Shown: piece by piece, positions 38,674 to 48,790 of the stretch
Position numbering within the stretch: the first letter of the stretch is position 1
Layout: each line of letters starts with the position of its first letter
Source of the DNA: Minisyncoccota bacterium
GTDB lineage: Bacteria; Patescibacteriota; Minisyncoccia; Phycocordibacterales; JACOZG01
Reading direction: 5' to 3'
DNA: 63,841 nucleotides
Assembly: GCA_020057185.1 (NCBI GenBank)
Contig: JAGVGK010000005.1
Coordinates: 1-63,841 of the forward strand
Made by a program: the position numbers and the translations under genes
The notes under the pieces: model-generated
Database searches by the model: none
The model's input: only the letters and a program-made list of their open reading frames with translations
Told to the model about the DNA's origin: nothing

Positions 38674-39819
38674 CTAGAGCAAATCGTTTAACACGATCGG
38701 ATTATTAATTTTCTCCGCAACATACATTCTTGCTCGTTTGATCATTTCTTCTTTCTCTCGGCTTTCTGAAACACAAAAAAATATTTTACTTTTAAAATCT
38801 TCCGCCCCACCCAGCTCTTCCCAGAGTCGACCTCTTTCACCATCACGACCAATTGTTTCAATAATACCAGAAACTCGACTCCCAAGAACAGGCAAGCCTA
38901 AATACATCGCTTCCCAAAAAACGATTCCCAGAGCTTCAGCTTTTGATAAAAGAACAAAAACATTAGCATCCCGATAATAGTTCCAGATGTTTTCACGATC
39001 GATCCATCCTTCAAAAAAAACTCTATTCTCAATTTTTAATTCTCTAACTTTCTCTTGTAGAGACATTAGAAGATTTCCTTGACCTAAAATTATCAAGATG
39101 AACTTATCATCAAGGGACGAGAAAAGTTCCAAAAGTTTGAGCAGATTTTTTTCTGGCTCTAGACGAGCAATGGTCAAAATTATTTTAGCCGTTGAATTCA
39201 AACCCAATCTTTTTTTTATCTTACCAATCGAACTTTTTACTAAAAAATTTTGATCACGACTGATTGTATCAGTATAAAAAATAAAAATCTTGTTATCAGG
39301 AACTCCTAAATATCTTAAATATTTTTTCATTGTCTCATTGATAGTTAAAAAACTGTCAGGAACCCACCAAAAAAATCTTTCAACCAAAAAAGAATACCCC
39401 GATTTTACTTTTCCAAATTTTCTGGTTCTTGAATACACTCGTGGTTGGTTAGTTAAAACCATCACAATTTTTCCACCGAAAAAGAGGCGGGCTAAACATA
39501 AGGCTGGTAGAAAACCAAAATCGTAGGTCAACCAAACATCAGGCCTAAGTTTTAATTTAAAGACTGCCCAAGAAACTGAAAATAAGGCCATGAAATCAAG
39601 TAAGGGTCTAAAAATATCCAACTTGGTCTTTAAATGCCATGTAGAAAAATTTTTTACTGACATTCTATAGCTAACTCGTGCAAAAGATAGATAAAAAAAA
39701 CTGTTTCCCCCGATCCCGAGATGATCTCGCCTAATTTTATCTTCAAACTCAATGGGAGCAGTTCTAAAAATATCTCGCCAATCACAATTAACTACAAAAA
39801 CTTTGGCTGTGGGTTTCAT
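38674..39819 (-). CDS. Glycosyltransferase family 4
   Basis: ARLEPEKN, EALGIVFWEA. Confidence 0.9.
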   Translation of the reverse strand: MKPTAKVFVVNCDWRDIFRTAPIEFEDKIRRDHLGIGGNSFFYLSFARVSYRMSVKNFSTWHLKTKLDIFRPLLDFMALFSVSWAVFKLKLRPDVWLTYDFGFLPALCLARLFFGGKIVMVLTNQPRVYSRTRKFGKVKSGYSFLVERFFWWVPDSFLTINETMKKYLRYLGVPDNKIFIFYTDTISRDQNFLVKSSIGKIKKRLGLNSTAKIILTIARLEPEKNLLKLLELFSSLDDKFILIILGQGNLLMSLQEKVRELKIENRVFFEGWIDRENIWNYYRDANVFVLLSKAEALGIVFWEAMYLGLPVLGSRVSGIIETIGRDGERGRLWEELGGAEDFKSKIFFCVSESREKEEMIKRARMYVAEKINNPIVLNDLL

Positions 39820-39821
39820 TT

Positions 39822-40820
39822 TTATAAAAAATATTTATACAAACTATTAGCTAAATTGACTAAACTATGTTTTTGCGCGAAACCTAAAAGATTTAGACGG
39901 AGATCGTTTTTTTGTACATCATCCATATTCAATAAATTTTTAATTTCCCCCTTCACCGCGATTTCTCTAGCGGGTTGACTTTCAGACCAAATAACTAGAG
40001 CCCCACAAGCCATCGCTTCCAATATCGTTTTATCCATACTGCCAGTCGGAGTTAGATTAACATAAATTTCGTGGGAGCGATAGATATCGAGTGTCTCTGA
40101 ATGCCGTACAGCGGGGCATAAGGACAAGCGACCAGAGCGCGTCAGTGGTTCAGCTAATCGATGTAATTCTCGCTCATAGAGAATATCTGTCTCGAAAATT
40201 GGTGAACCAACGATTGTAGCGGTGAAATCAATTTTCTGTTTCTGCAATTCCAATAACGCGTTTATCAGAATATCTAATCGTTTGATTGGTGAGATGCGAC
40301 CGAGCGCTAAAATCGATCGCGGAATCTTTTTCACGTTTGGATCTGGTCGAAAAAAATCCGTATCAATCCCCACCGGCATTATTTTCGTTTTCTTAAATCG
40401 CGCGGTGAAAGATTGCGGCGAAGTACAAAATACTTTATTAGAAACAAGAATGGCAATTCTCGTGAGAAATCCTCCGAATGCATGATTCCGCCATAAGTAT
40501 ATTTTCTTACCCCACAATTTCCAAAATTTCCACCCAAGCAGAACATACTCCTGATTCATGTGAACAAACACGGCGTCATAGTTTTTTCGTTCTTGCCAGA
40601 TGTATTTATAGAAACGCCACACATACTTGACCTTTGATTGGCCAGATTCCTTGCCTAAAGATAAAACCCCAACATTAGGTGGTAAATTATACTTCCCCTT
40701 CTCCAAACAAATTACGATTATCTTCTCGCAATGTTTAGCGAATTCTTCAATCCAGCGACAGAAAAAACCGAGGATTGGATCATTTCGGTCAACTTTTTGA
40801 GTGATAATTAAAAGTTTCAT
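39822..40820 (-). CDS. Glycosyltransferase family 4
   Basis: GRISPIK, GSMDKTILEAMACG. Confidence 0.9.
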   Translation of the reverse strand: MKLLIITQKVDRNDPILGFFCRWIEEFAKHCEKIIVICLEKGKYNLPPNVGVLSLGKESGQSKVKYVWRFYKYIWQERKNYDAVFVHMNQEYVLLGWKFWKLWGKKIYLWRNHAFGGFLTRIAILVSNKVFCTSPQSFTARFKKTKIMPVGIDTDFFRPDPNVKKIPRSILALGRISPIKRLDILINALLELQKQKIDFTATIVGSPIFETDILYERELHRLAEPLTRSGRLSLCPAVRHSETLDIYRSHEIYVNLTPTGSMDKTILEAMACGALVIWSESQPAREIAVKGEIKNLLNMDDVQKNDLRLNLLGFAQKHSLVNLANSLYKYFL

Positions 40821-41560
40821 TGCTCCAATCTCCTTATCTCGTCTTTTATTAATCCAAGGACTTCTCTTTTTAATATTTTGCGTATGGCAACAAATTTATC
40901 ATAAGGCAAAAGTGAATTGAGATCCTCGGAAATGATTTTTTCCGTTACTTTTTCATCTACAAAATCGATAAGGTTAGAAAGAAATTCTTTCGTTCCCTTT
41001 CCGGTTTTTTGTTTTATAACACTGGCATCATACTCAAAACCGTTTAGAAAAAAATAGTGGACATCGTAGATATCCCGGCCGGCAATAGTTCCAGTTTTTT
41101 TAAACCTATCCATCACGGCAATAAGTTTGTGAGCAAACATCGTTTCTTTGGTTTGGCAAATCAAAATACGATCTATTTCCAAAAATCTCACCGGCGCGTA
41201 TTTGCTCGTAGAAAAGAGCGGGAAAGAAGCGTCTATTTTCAAAATTTTCCTTTCTGAACCGATAGCATCATATTTTAAAAAATATTGAATCCCGTTTTTA
41301 CTTTTATCTTTTATGAAAAGATTTAACTTCACAAACAGACGCTCAAGCGCTTGACATGTTTTTCCAATGTCTTTTTCGGCGCCAGCATAATCAAAATCTA
41401 AATCAACTGAAAACCGATTCAACCAACCAAGCATTGAGGCGCAGGTTCCACCTTTAAAAAATAAAACACTGGTGAGATACTGATTATCAGCAATCGCTTC
41501 AAGAATTCGATAAAGCCACGCCTTATGAATAGCCTCTTTTCTGTTTGGTACGATCATCAT
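40817..41560 (-). CDS. abiEii: AbiEii-family nucleotidyltransferase toxin
   Basis: FKGGT, RFSVDLDF, K, RDIYD. Confidence 0.9.
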   Translation of the reverse strand: MMIVPNRKEAIHKAWLYRILEAIADNQYLTSVLFFKGGTCASMLGWLNRFSVDLDFDYAGAEKDIGKTCQALERLFVKLNLFIKDKSKNGIQYFLKYDAIGSERKILKIDASFPLFSTSKYAPVRFLEIDRILICQTKETMFAHKLIAVMDRFKKTGTIAGRDIYDVHYFFLNGFEYDASVIKQKTGKGTKEFLSNLIDFVDEKVTEKIISEDLNSLLPYDKFVAIRKILKREVLGLIKDEIRRLEQ

Positions 41561-41566
41561 TTTTTT

Positions 41567-42160
41567 TTAGGATTTGATACCCTTTATAATATATCCCACC
41601 GCATCGGCAATTTCCCTGACTTTGCCCCACTGAATTAAAGTTGAATCTCCAGCATCAAAATATTTTCGCGGATTAAAATAAAGCATATCGGCGACCGCGC
41701 GGGGGATAGAAGCGATACGAACACCATCTTTTATCTCTATCCCCGCATCGTTAAAAAGAAACTCCTCACGCATCTTTCTTGATCGATATTGTATACCGGC
41801 GATAGAAAAATGCCTGGAAAATTGACTGACGAGGGTAACCGCCAGCGGCGACTGATTCAAAATACCTTTTTGATAAAGCACCGACTCACAAGAGACATAG
41901 GCTGGTGAATGGATAGCTTTGACACCCAAAAGAAAAGGATTTATTTCACTCGCTTTCTTAACTGCATACAACCCCTTGTAGACGCGGTGAATAAGCCCGT
42001 CTGCCACATATCTTGAAAGCGTCTTATACAAAGTATTTTCATTGGGAATCTCCCACAAATTCGCCACATCGCTGGCATGAAAAACTATCTCACCGAGAGT
42101 AGCAATAGAAGCCAGGCGCTCACCCCCCGATCCCCTAATGTCTTTATATTTTATACTCAT
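41567..42160 (-). CDS. abiEi: AbiEi-like antitoxin / regulator
   Basis: RVYKGLY, YVSCESVL..GI, AVADMLY; upstream of AbiEii. Confidence 0.85.
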   Translation of the reverse strand: MSIKYKDIRGSGGERLASIATLGEIVFHASDVANLWEIPNENTLYKTLSRYVADGLIHRVYKGLYAVKKASEINPFLLGVKAIHSPAYVSCESVLYQKGILNQSPLAVTLVSQFSRHFSIAGIQYRSRKMREEFLFNDAGIEIKDGVRIASIPRAVADMLYFNPRKYFDAGDSTLIQWGKVREIADAVGYIIKGIKS

Positions 42161-42206
42161 GTCGTTAATTTAACCTGTACTTGTATGTACATGGTATTGT
42201 AACATA

Positions 42207-43202
42207 TCATTGTAATAATTCAATAACACCCTTGGCAACATTGGCAAAATCTTGCCCGATTATTCGCACCCCAACTTCTCTCGCCACACCGACATCGGTC
42301 GAAACAATTTTACAACCTGCCGCTTGGGTTTCGACTAAAGTCATGCCATAACCCTCATACAGTGAAGTGACAAGAAACAGATCGCAAGTTTTATAATAAG
42401 AATACAGTGTTTCTTGATTGACCCAATTTTCAAAAATAATACTAGCTTCTAGCTTATAGCTTATAGCTTTTAGCTTCAAAATTTTTTCTTCTGGTCCGGA
42501 GCCAACAATTATCAACCCTATTCTCCTATTCGCGCGAATTAGAGAAGACACTGCTTCGATTGCCAAATCAATATTTTTTTCTTTAGTTAAACGCGAAGCC
42601 ATTAAAATTATTTTATCAAATTGCTGATATTTTTTATGCAAGTCTACCGTGATTGGTGTATTTTTAATTTTCTCTATGTCTACAAAAATCGGCCGTATTT
42701 CAATTTCAGCTTTTATCCGCCAGCTGGCGGATTTTAGAAAATCAGCAATTCGTTGGCTAACAACACGAATTTTGTCGGCTTTAGGTAATAAGAATTTGGC
42801 GAGCAGAAACCGAATTTTATTCTTGAACGATTCCTGCCAAAAATACGGACTGCCAATATCGGTATGGATTTGAAGTTCAAGTTGGGCTAATTCCCGACGC
42901 GAGATTAACCAACCTGTTAATCCTGATTCGAATGGATCTTGGCAAGTAACCAAATCAATTTTTAGTTTAAGTTTCTTAACTAATTTTACCGCATCAAAAA
43001 TGTAAAATAATTTTAATCTGGAATTAGTGGGATAAATCCAAAGTTTAGGTGAAATTTGAGCAGAGACAAGACCGAGAGATTTTTGGGCAAATACTATTAT
43101 ATGTGTCTCGTCAACCAAGTTTGCATAGCCAATTATCCGCTCGCGTACCGCGCTCGCGGGTTGAAACAAATTTCGATCCGAGCCGATACTTAAAATTTTC
43201 AT
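42207..43202 (-). CDS. Glycosyltransferase family 4
   Basis: SRLTKEKN, YEGYGMTLVE. Confidence 0.9.
   Translation of the reverse strand: MKILSIGSDRNLFQPASAVRERIIGYANLVDETHIIVFAQKSLGLVSAQISPKLWIYPTNSRLKLFYIFDAVKLVKKLKLKIDLVTCQDPFESGLTGWLISRRELAQLELQIHTDIGSPYFWQESFKNKIRFLLAKFLLPKADKIRVVSQRIADFLKSASWRIKAEIEIRPIFVDIEKIKNTPITVDLHKKYQQFDKIILMASRLTKEKNIDLAIEAVSSLIRANRRIGLIIVGSGPEEKILKLKAISYKLEASIIFENWVNQETLYSYYKTCDLFLVTSLYEGYGMTLVETQAAGCKIVSTDVGVAREVGVRIIGQDFANVAKGVIELLQ
42443..42477. repeat. Tandem heptamer (TAGCTTN)x5 inside a CDS
   Basis: TAGCTTC TAGCTTA TAGCTTA TAGCTTT TAGCTTC; other arrays at 44539-44593, 44724-44758, 53409-53443. Confidence 0.9.
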
Positions 43203-44176
43203 ATCTTAATGACTAAATCTAAAAATTCCCGCGCTAGCTCTGACCAAGAATGTTCAAAATTAAAATTAGTGATTTTTTTAATTTGTGTCTCATAATTATT
43301 TTTATCACTTAACCACAACAATTTTCCTTCAACATCGGCCAGATTAAGCGGGTTAATGTATATGCCAATTTCACCCAAACGATCTTGTATACCATTTTCT
43401 TCGGTCAAAATAAAAGGCTTATTACAACGAATCGCGTCCAAAACAATGTTCGGACTGATTTCGGACACCGACGGGACAATGAGACCATAACAACTTCTGA
43501 TTTTTTCTGTTAATTTCTCCGGCGACCATTGACCAATTTCAAAAACAAAATTTAAAGGTTTGAGAATATCAAAATTTTTCAATTTTAAATTGCGTCCAGC
43601 TGATATAAAAACTTTTTGTTCTGGCTCGTTGGAAACTTCTTTTCTACCATAATAATTTTCGATAATTTTTGTTTTGGATAAATCTAAATTATATGGTTTC
43701 GCCCAAATTTGCCTCTGCCAATCAGTGCTAAAAACTATTAAACTAGACTGTTTCAAAATCCAACGAGTTAGTTTGAAAATAAGACGCTCTTTGAAATTGA
43801 AATTCGGAATTTCAGTTTGATAGAAATTGCGTAATAAAACAAGTTTACCGGTTCGTTCAACATAGTTTTCCCACAAGAAATCCCCGCCGGTGCGAATAAT
43901 CGTTTTTTTGCCCAATAGTCGACCAGCCATAACAGATGGCAAACCGACACTGAAAGTGTCGAGAGTTAAACACCAATCAGCCCAATGCAAAGTGGGGAAG
44001 ATTTTAAAAAAATAAAAGATATGTCGTAAACCACTCGGCCAGTGTTTAACATCCGAAAATTTAATCACTCGAACCTCATGGCCAAGTTTCTGAAATTCTC
44101 GTTCCAAATTAAATGCGTACTGCGCCGGACCACCAATGTCCGGTGGATAAATACCAGTGGCGATTAGGATTTTCAT
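43199..44176 (-). CDS. Glycosyltransferase family 4
   Basis: YPPDIGGP, SEISPNIVLDA. Confidence 0.85.
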   Translation of the reverse strand: MKILIATGIYPPDIGGPAQYAFNLEREFQKLGHEVRVIKFSDVKHWPSGLRHIFYFFKIFPTLHWADWCLTLDTFSVGLPSVMAGRLLGKKTIIRTGGDFLWENYVERTGKLVLLRNFYQTEIPNFNFKERLIFKLTRWILKQSSLIVFSTDWQRQIWAKPYNLDLSKTKIIENYYGRKEVSNEPEQKVFISAGRNLKLKNFDILKPLNFVFEIGQWSPEKLTEKIRSCYGLIVPSVSEISPNIVLDAIRCNKPFILTEENGIQDRLGEIGIYINPLNLADVEGKLLWLSDKNNYETQIKKITNFNFEHSWSELAREFLDLVIKI

Positions 44177-45264
44177 AGTGATAGAAGACTTCTCATTTGT
44201 TTAGCAATAATTTCCCAATTGTACTTATTCAGAACCATTTGACGAGCTTCGTTAATAACTTGCTTCACCTTGTCGTGATTGGTCGGATCCAAAATATATT
44301 GCACTTTCTCGGCGACACTTTTGGGATTGTCCGCTTCACAGAACCAGCCCGTGACACCGTCGGTTAGAAAGTCCGGGATCCCCCCTACTGGCGTACCAAC
44401 CACCGGCACGCCCGCCGCCATCGCTTCGAGAAACGAATTACCGAGTCCTTCAGACCGTGAGGGTCGCACAAACACATCGGCTTGAGCGAGATAATTTGAT
44501 ACTTCATTTGGTGGGACATGACCGAGAAATTCAATCCGAGCTTGTAGCTTGTAGCTTGCCTGCCCGACGGCAAGGCGGGTAGCTTGTAGCTTTAAATTTT
44601 TCTCTTCAATCCCACCACCGAGAATCTGAAGTCTTATATTATCCGGCAAAAAACGCATCGCTTCAATTAAAATATCTACGCCATTTTTCTTCACCAATCG
44701 CCCCGTGTGAATAATTACCAGGTTAGCTTTTAGCTTGTAGCTTTTAGCTTGTAGCTTAAATTTATCCAAATCTACCCCATTAGGAATTACCGTAATCGGA
44801 CAGCGTGCCCCCATCGTTCGCGCCCACGCGCCGAGATAATTAGAAATAACTTGGATGTGATCGGCCACTTTAAAAACCCTAAAAATTCTCGGTAAAAGTA
44901 ATCTCAAACGATACGCCCAGCTATTTAGATCATCCCCTTCTTGCAAAGTTAAAAGAAACGGCACAGTTAGAAAACGACGCTTGAAAAGCGCGCCGGCCAT
45001 CCCCGCCTGATTGGCCATAATCGCCCAAATTGCGTCGTAGGGCTTAATTTTATGTCTTCTTGAGGCTTCTCGGTAAGCCCAGAACGGATAAGAATATTTA
45101 GACCAAAAATTTCTAATGTCGGCGTGGATAATTTCAAACTGAAATTCCGGCAATCCTGCCTTGTCGGCAGACAGGCGATCGGTAATCTCTTTCACCGCCA
45201 CTTCGGCTCCGCCGACAAAGGGGAAATAAGCAAGAGAAAAAATTAAGATTCGAGGCGTCGACAT
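44173..45264 (-). CDS. Glycosyltransferase family 4
   Basis: VGGAE, GRLVKKNG, SEGLGNSFLEAMAAG. Confidence 0.92.
   Translation of the reverse strand: MSTPRILIFSLAYFPFVGGAEVAVKEITDRLSADKAGLPEFQFEIIHADIRNFWSKYSYPFWAYREASRRHKIKPYDAIWAIMANQAGMAGALFKRRFLTVPFLLTLQEGDDLNSWAYRLRLLLPRIFRVFKVADHIQVISNYLGAWARTMGARCPITVIPNGVDLDKFKLQAKSYKLKANLVIIHTGRLVKKNGVDILIEAMRFLPDNIRLQILGGGIEEKNLKLQATRLAVGQASYKLQARIEFLGHVPPNEVSNYLAQADVFVRPSRSEGLGNSFLEAMAAGVPVVGTPVGGIPDFLTDGVTGWFCEADNPKSVAEKVQYILDPTNHDKVKQVINEARQMVLNKYNWEIIAKQMRSLLSL
44559..44579. repeat. 21-bp dispersed element, exact inverted copy of 2389..2409 in secA
   Basis: CCTGCCCGACGGCAAGGCGGG is the reverse complement of CCCGCCTTGCCGTCGGGCAGG. Confidence 0.9.
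45155..45176. repeat. 22-bp dispersed element identical to 53504..53525 in murD
   Basis: CCTGCCTTGTCGGCAGACAGGC at both sites; encodes LSADKAG in both proteins. Confidence 0.9.
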
Positions 45265-46190
45265 AAATCTTTATACCAATCAACTTGCGCCTTCAACCCT
45301 TCGGCCAATTTAGTGCGGGGATTATAACCGAGTCGTTGGCGAGCTTTATTAATATTAGCGCCTGTTTCTAGTTGATCTCCAGACCGACGAGGCACAATGA
45401 TAATTTTGGCGGGTTTATTTAGTAAAGTTTCAACAATTTTGATTCCCTCACCAGTGGTGCTCAATTGATCCGTACCAATATTAAAAATTTCGCCAGTCAC
45501 TTCTTCAAGTTTATCCAGGGCAAGAATACACCCATCCACAATATCGCCGATATAACTATAACTGCGGATATGGCGATTACTGCCTTCATGGAGGGGGAAC
45601 GACTGATCAGCCAAAATGTTTTTAATTAATTTGTGATAAAGTTTCTCCGGTCGCTCGCGCGGACCATAGACAGAGAAAAGACGCAGAACTACGACCGGCA
45701 AACCATGCTCGCGGTGATAAGCCATCGCCAGTTGTTCACCGGCCAATTTAGTCACGCCATAATAAGAAGTCGGACGCGGTTCGGTCATTTCCACCCCGTT
45801 GGCATAAGCGCCATAAACCGAAGAGGTGGAAATGTGAATAAAACCTTTAAGTTTTTTATTCCGCCGAGCTACTTCGAGTAAACGATGAGTAGCTACAATA
45901 TTATTGCGCAAATAATCTTCAAATGGCGTTTCCGCCGAAATTCCAGGCTGGGCGGCAAAATGATAAATAACATCAACCGCTCCCGCCGAGTCGAGGGGAT
46001 CATCAACCAGATCATGAAGCAATGTCTCGACCCCGCGTTGACGTAAGTCCTCGACATTTAATTCCTTGATTGAACGATCATAGTAATCAGTTAAACAATC
46101 TAACCCAATTACCTCATGACCCAATTCCGCCAACCGTTCTGCAACATGAGAACCAACCGCCCCCGCCGCGCCCGTGACTAATATTTTCAT
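45243..46190 (-). CDS. NAD-dependent epimerase (UDP-glucuronate 4-epimerase-like)
   Basis: TGAAGAVG, AAQPG, STSSVYG, YGVTK, YGPRERP. Confidence 0.92.
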   Translation of the reverse strand: MKILVTGAAGAVGSHVAERLAELGHEVIGLDCLTDYYDRSIKELNVEDLRQRGVETLLHDLVDDPLDSAGAVDVIYHFAAQPGISAETPFEDYLRNNIVATHRLLEVARRNKKLKGFIHISTSSVYGAYANGVEMTEPRPTSYYGVTKLAGEQLAMAYHREHGLPVVVLRLFSVYGPRERPEKLYHKLIKNILADQSFPLHEGSNRHIRSYSYIGDIVDGCILALDKLEEVTGEIFNIGTDQLSTTGEGIKIVETLLNKPAKIIIVPRRSGDQLETGANINKARQRLGYNPRTKLAEGLKAQVDWYKDLCRRLES

Positions 46191-46199
46191 AAAATGTTT

Positions 46200-47105
46200 C
46201 TAAATTTTTACAAAATTTTCCACTTTTGTCAAACTGCCCTTTTTCTTTATCTCTTCTATATATTCCGCCACGTCGCGCTTCGCGCGCCAACCAAGCGCCG
46301 TCATTTTCGATTGATCAATTTTAGATCGTTGTCGGTCGCCACGGCGGGCCGGCAACATTTCAATCTTTCCGCCAAACATTTCGGCAAGTTCTAAAATCGA
46401 ATATTCTTTTTCTGCCCCGATGGAATAACCATCGCCCTGACCTTTTTCGCCAACAAGAATAATTCCTTCAACAGTATCGTCAACATGGGTGAACGCCCGC
46501 TTTTGCGTCCCGGGTGTGACAACAGTCAGTGGTTGATGGTCCAAAAATTTCTGCGTTAAAATGCCGACCACCGTCGCGTATCGCCCTTCACGAATTTCTC
46601 TTCCGCCATAAACATTGTAAAAATAAGTAATCGCATAATCCAGCCCGAACCACTCACCGTAGTTGTTAACTAATTCAGTATTAGTTGATTTGAAATAAGC
46701 ATAGGGAGTTTCATTTTTCGCATCTTTAGTAGCATCATCAAACTCACCGAACTTAGTACTCGAACTAGCATAAATTAAACGAATTTTATTCTGGCGGCAA
46801 AACTCAAGTACCTTAAAAGTGCCTTCGATGTTCAACCGCCAAACTAAATCAAGATCATCAAAACTCGTCAGCACCCGCGAATATTCACCAAGATGATAAA
46901 CAATATCTGGTTTTTGTTTAATGAGAGCGTCAATATCTTTGGTCTCACCTTTGATATATTCCGCTCCCGCGATATGATTTTTAACATTCCCCGTAAAATA
47001 ATTATCGAGCGAAAAAACTTGATGGTCGGGATTAACGACTAACTTTTCAATCAAGTGTGAGCCGATAAATCCCGCGCCACCAGTGACTAAAATTACTTTT
47101 TTCAT
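46200..47105 (-). CDS. NAD-dependent epimerase/dehydratase
   Basis: TGGAGFIGSH, YAYFK, YNVYG. Confidence 0.92.
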   Translation of the reverse strand: MKKVILVTGGAGFIGSHLIEKLVVNPDHQVFSLDNYFTGNVKNHIAGAEYIKGETKDIDALIKQKPDIVYHLGEYSRVLTSFDDLDLVWRLNIEGTFKVLEFCRQNKIRLIYASSSTKFGEFDDATKDAKNETPYAYFKSTNTELVNNYGEWFGLDYAITYFYNVYGGREIREGRYATVVGILTQKFLDHQPLTVVTPGTQKRAFTHVDDTVEGIILVGEKGQGDGYSIGAEKEYSILELAEMFGGKIEMLPARRGDRQRSKIDQSKMTALGWRAKRDVAEYIEEIKKKGSLTKVENFVKI

Positions 47106-48769
47106 TTAAGCATTTTCTCTAATATCTCGCGGGGCACTTCCCCGCCAGAAGTGGGTTGGGTAGACGGCGTTGATTGATGAGATGAAGAAGGTGAAGAAAC
47201 TGGCGGAGTTTTAGTCATAATCTTCTCCAGCGACCGACGAAGGTCTTCTTTGGACTTCAGTTTGTCGCTCTCGCTCACCACTCGCCGACCACTACTGCCC
47301 GGCGTGGGACGAAGCGCGGCGAGCGAAACCGCTAAACGCGGTGGCCCGTCCGAACGAACCGTCCGGGCAGGCGGTGGAAGTGTCGGTTGATTTTTATTAT
47401 TTATTTCTTCAACCGGTTTTTCTCCCGCCAACGGTTTGGACACCACAAACTTTACGCCCCCGCTCGCCACCCCAGCCTCACTATGCCATTTAGCAATCGC
47501 CTCCTCCACCTTGAGACGCGGTTCGGCGTAAGTTCGGCGTGAGTGTTCGATAATTTCGTCGCGATGAGAATCTTGAAGCAACGGGAACGGTGGCAGAGTG
47601 ACCGCCGAGAACGGCGGTGAACCAATGCCATCAATCATCAGCGTGAGATAAAGTTGGTAACGACCAAGATTAACGATGTCTTCTTTGGTAAAAGTCGGGA
47701 AAAATATTTTTTCCAACACTTCGGCATCGAAAGGCCCGACGCGAAAAGTGATGACACTGCCAACATTGCCGAAAACAGCGGCGCGCACTTCTTCAGCCAT
47801 CTGTTCGATATATTGATGCGCAATGGTCAGCGAGAGTTTGTACTTCCGTGATTCGGATAAGATGTTGGCAAAAGATTCGTTAGCAAAAGATTGGAATTCG
47901 TCGACGAAAAAGTAAAAGGGAGGCAAAGTCCGAAGCGCGACACCGGAGAGATTGGCGCGCGACATCGCCGTCAGATAAAGTTTGGTAATCAACATCGAGC
48001 CGATGAGATTGGCATTCCCCTCGCCCATTCGCCCTTTCGACAAATTGATAATCAAAATTTTCTTCTCGTCCATAATTTGCCGGAAATTAACCGACGAGCG
48101 TGGTTGACCAACGATATTCCGAATCAGCGGATTGGAAGTGAATTGTCCGACCTTGTTTTGAATCGCCGGCACGGCTTCAAGCGCCATCCGTTCGGTATAC
48201 TTAGCAAACTCGTCCACCCAAAATGATTTGACGCCCGGATCGGTAATGTTCTCCACCACCTTCTGGCGATAAGTTTTGTCCGAAAGCATTCGGTTAACAC
48301 CAAGTAAAGTTGCGCCCGGATATTCGAGCAAGGCGAGTAAAGTATTTTGTAAAATATATTCCATTCGCGCCGACCAGGCATCCACCCAAATTTTCTTGAA
48401 CGCGCTCATTAGCCCGCTCGACACGAGATAGCGTTGATCCTTACCGACATCTTCCAGCACATTGAACGAGATCGGATGTTCCAGATCGAACGGCGCGAAA
48501 TAAACCACATCCTTGATTCGTTCGGGCGGAACATAGTCGAGCAATTTATCAGCGGTCGAACCGTGCGGATCCATGAAGGCGATACCGTGACCGTTCTGCA
48601 TATCTTGGATCGCCATATTCTCGAGAATCGTGGACTTGCCCATGCCCGTCTTCCCAATCACATAGACGTGCCGACTACGATCTTCGTCCTTAATTCCAAA
48701 CCGCGTCTTCTTCGCGCGGAAATCCGTCTCGGCAAAATAAATTACTCCGGGTTTCGTCTCGTCAGACAT
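47102..48769 (-). CDS. VirD4/TraD/TrwB-like P-loop ATPase
   Basis: GKTGMGKS, DPHG, FFVDEFQ, SESRKY, AHQY; start moved to the ATG at 48769. Confidence 0.88.
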   Translation of the reverse strand: MSDETKPGVIYFAETDFRAKKTRFGIKDEDRSRHVYVIGKTGMGKSTILENMAIQDMQNGHGIAFMDPHGSTADKLLDYVPPERIKDVVYFAPFDLEHPISFNVLEDVGKDQRYLVSSGLMSAFKKIWVDAWSARMEYILQNTLLALLEYPGATLLGVNRMLSDKTYRQKVVENITDPGVKSFWVDEFAKYTERMALEAVPAIQNKVGQFTSNPLIRNIVGQPRSSVNFRQIMDEKKILIINLSKGRMGEGNANLIGSMLITKLYLTAMSRANLSGVALRTLPPFYFFVDEFQSFANESFANILSESRKYKLSLTIAHQYIEQMAEEVRAAVFGNVGSVITFRVGPFDAEVLEKIFFPTFTKEDIVNLGRYQLYLTLMIDGIGSPPFSAVTLPPFPLLQDSHRDEIIEHSRRTYAEPRLKVEEAIAKWHSEAGVASGGVKFVVSKPLAGEKPVEEINNKNQPTLPPPARTVRSDGPPRLAVSLAALRPTPGSSGRRVVSESDKLKSKEDLRRSLEKIMTKTPPVSSPSSSHQSTPSTQPTSGGEVPREILEKMLK

Positions 48770-48790
48770 AGTGGTTATATTATACACCAA

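Noticed and set aside
47102..48769. Conjugative element
   Set aside because: Lone coupling-protein-like ATPase with no relaxase, VirB genes or integrase; such genes are common on CPR chromosomes
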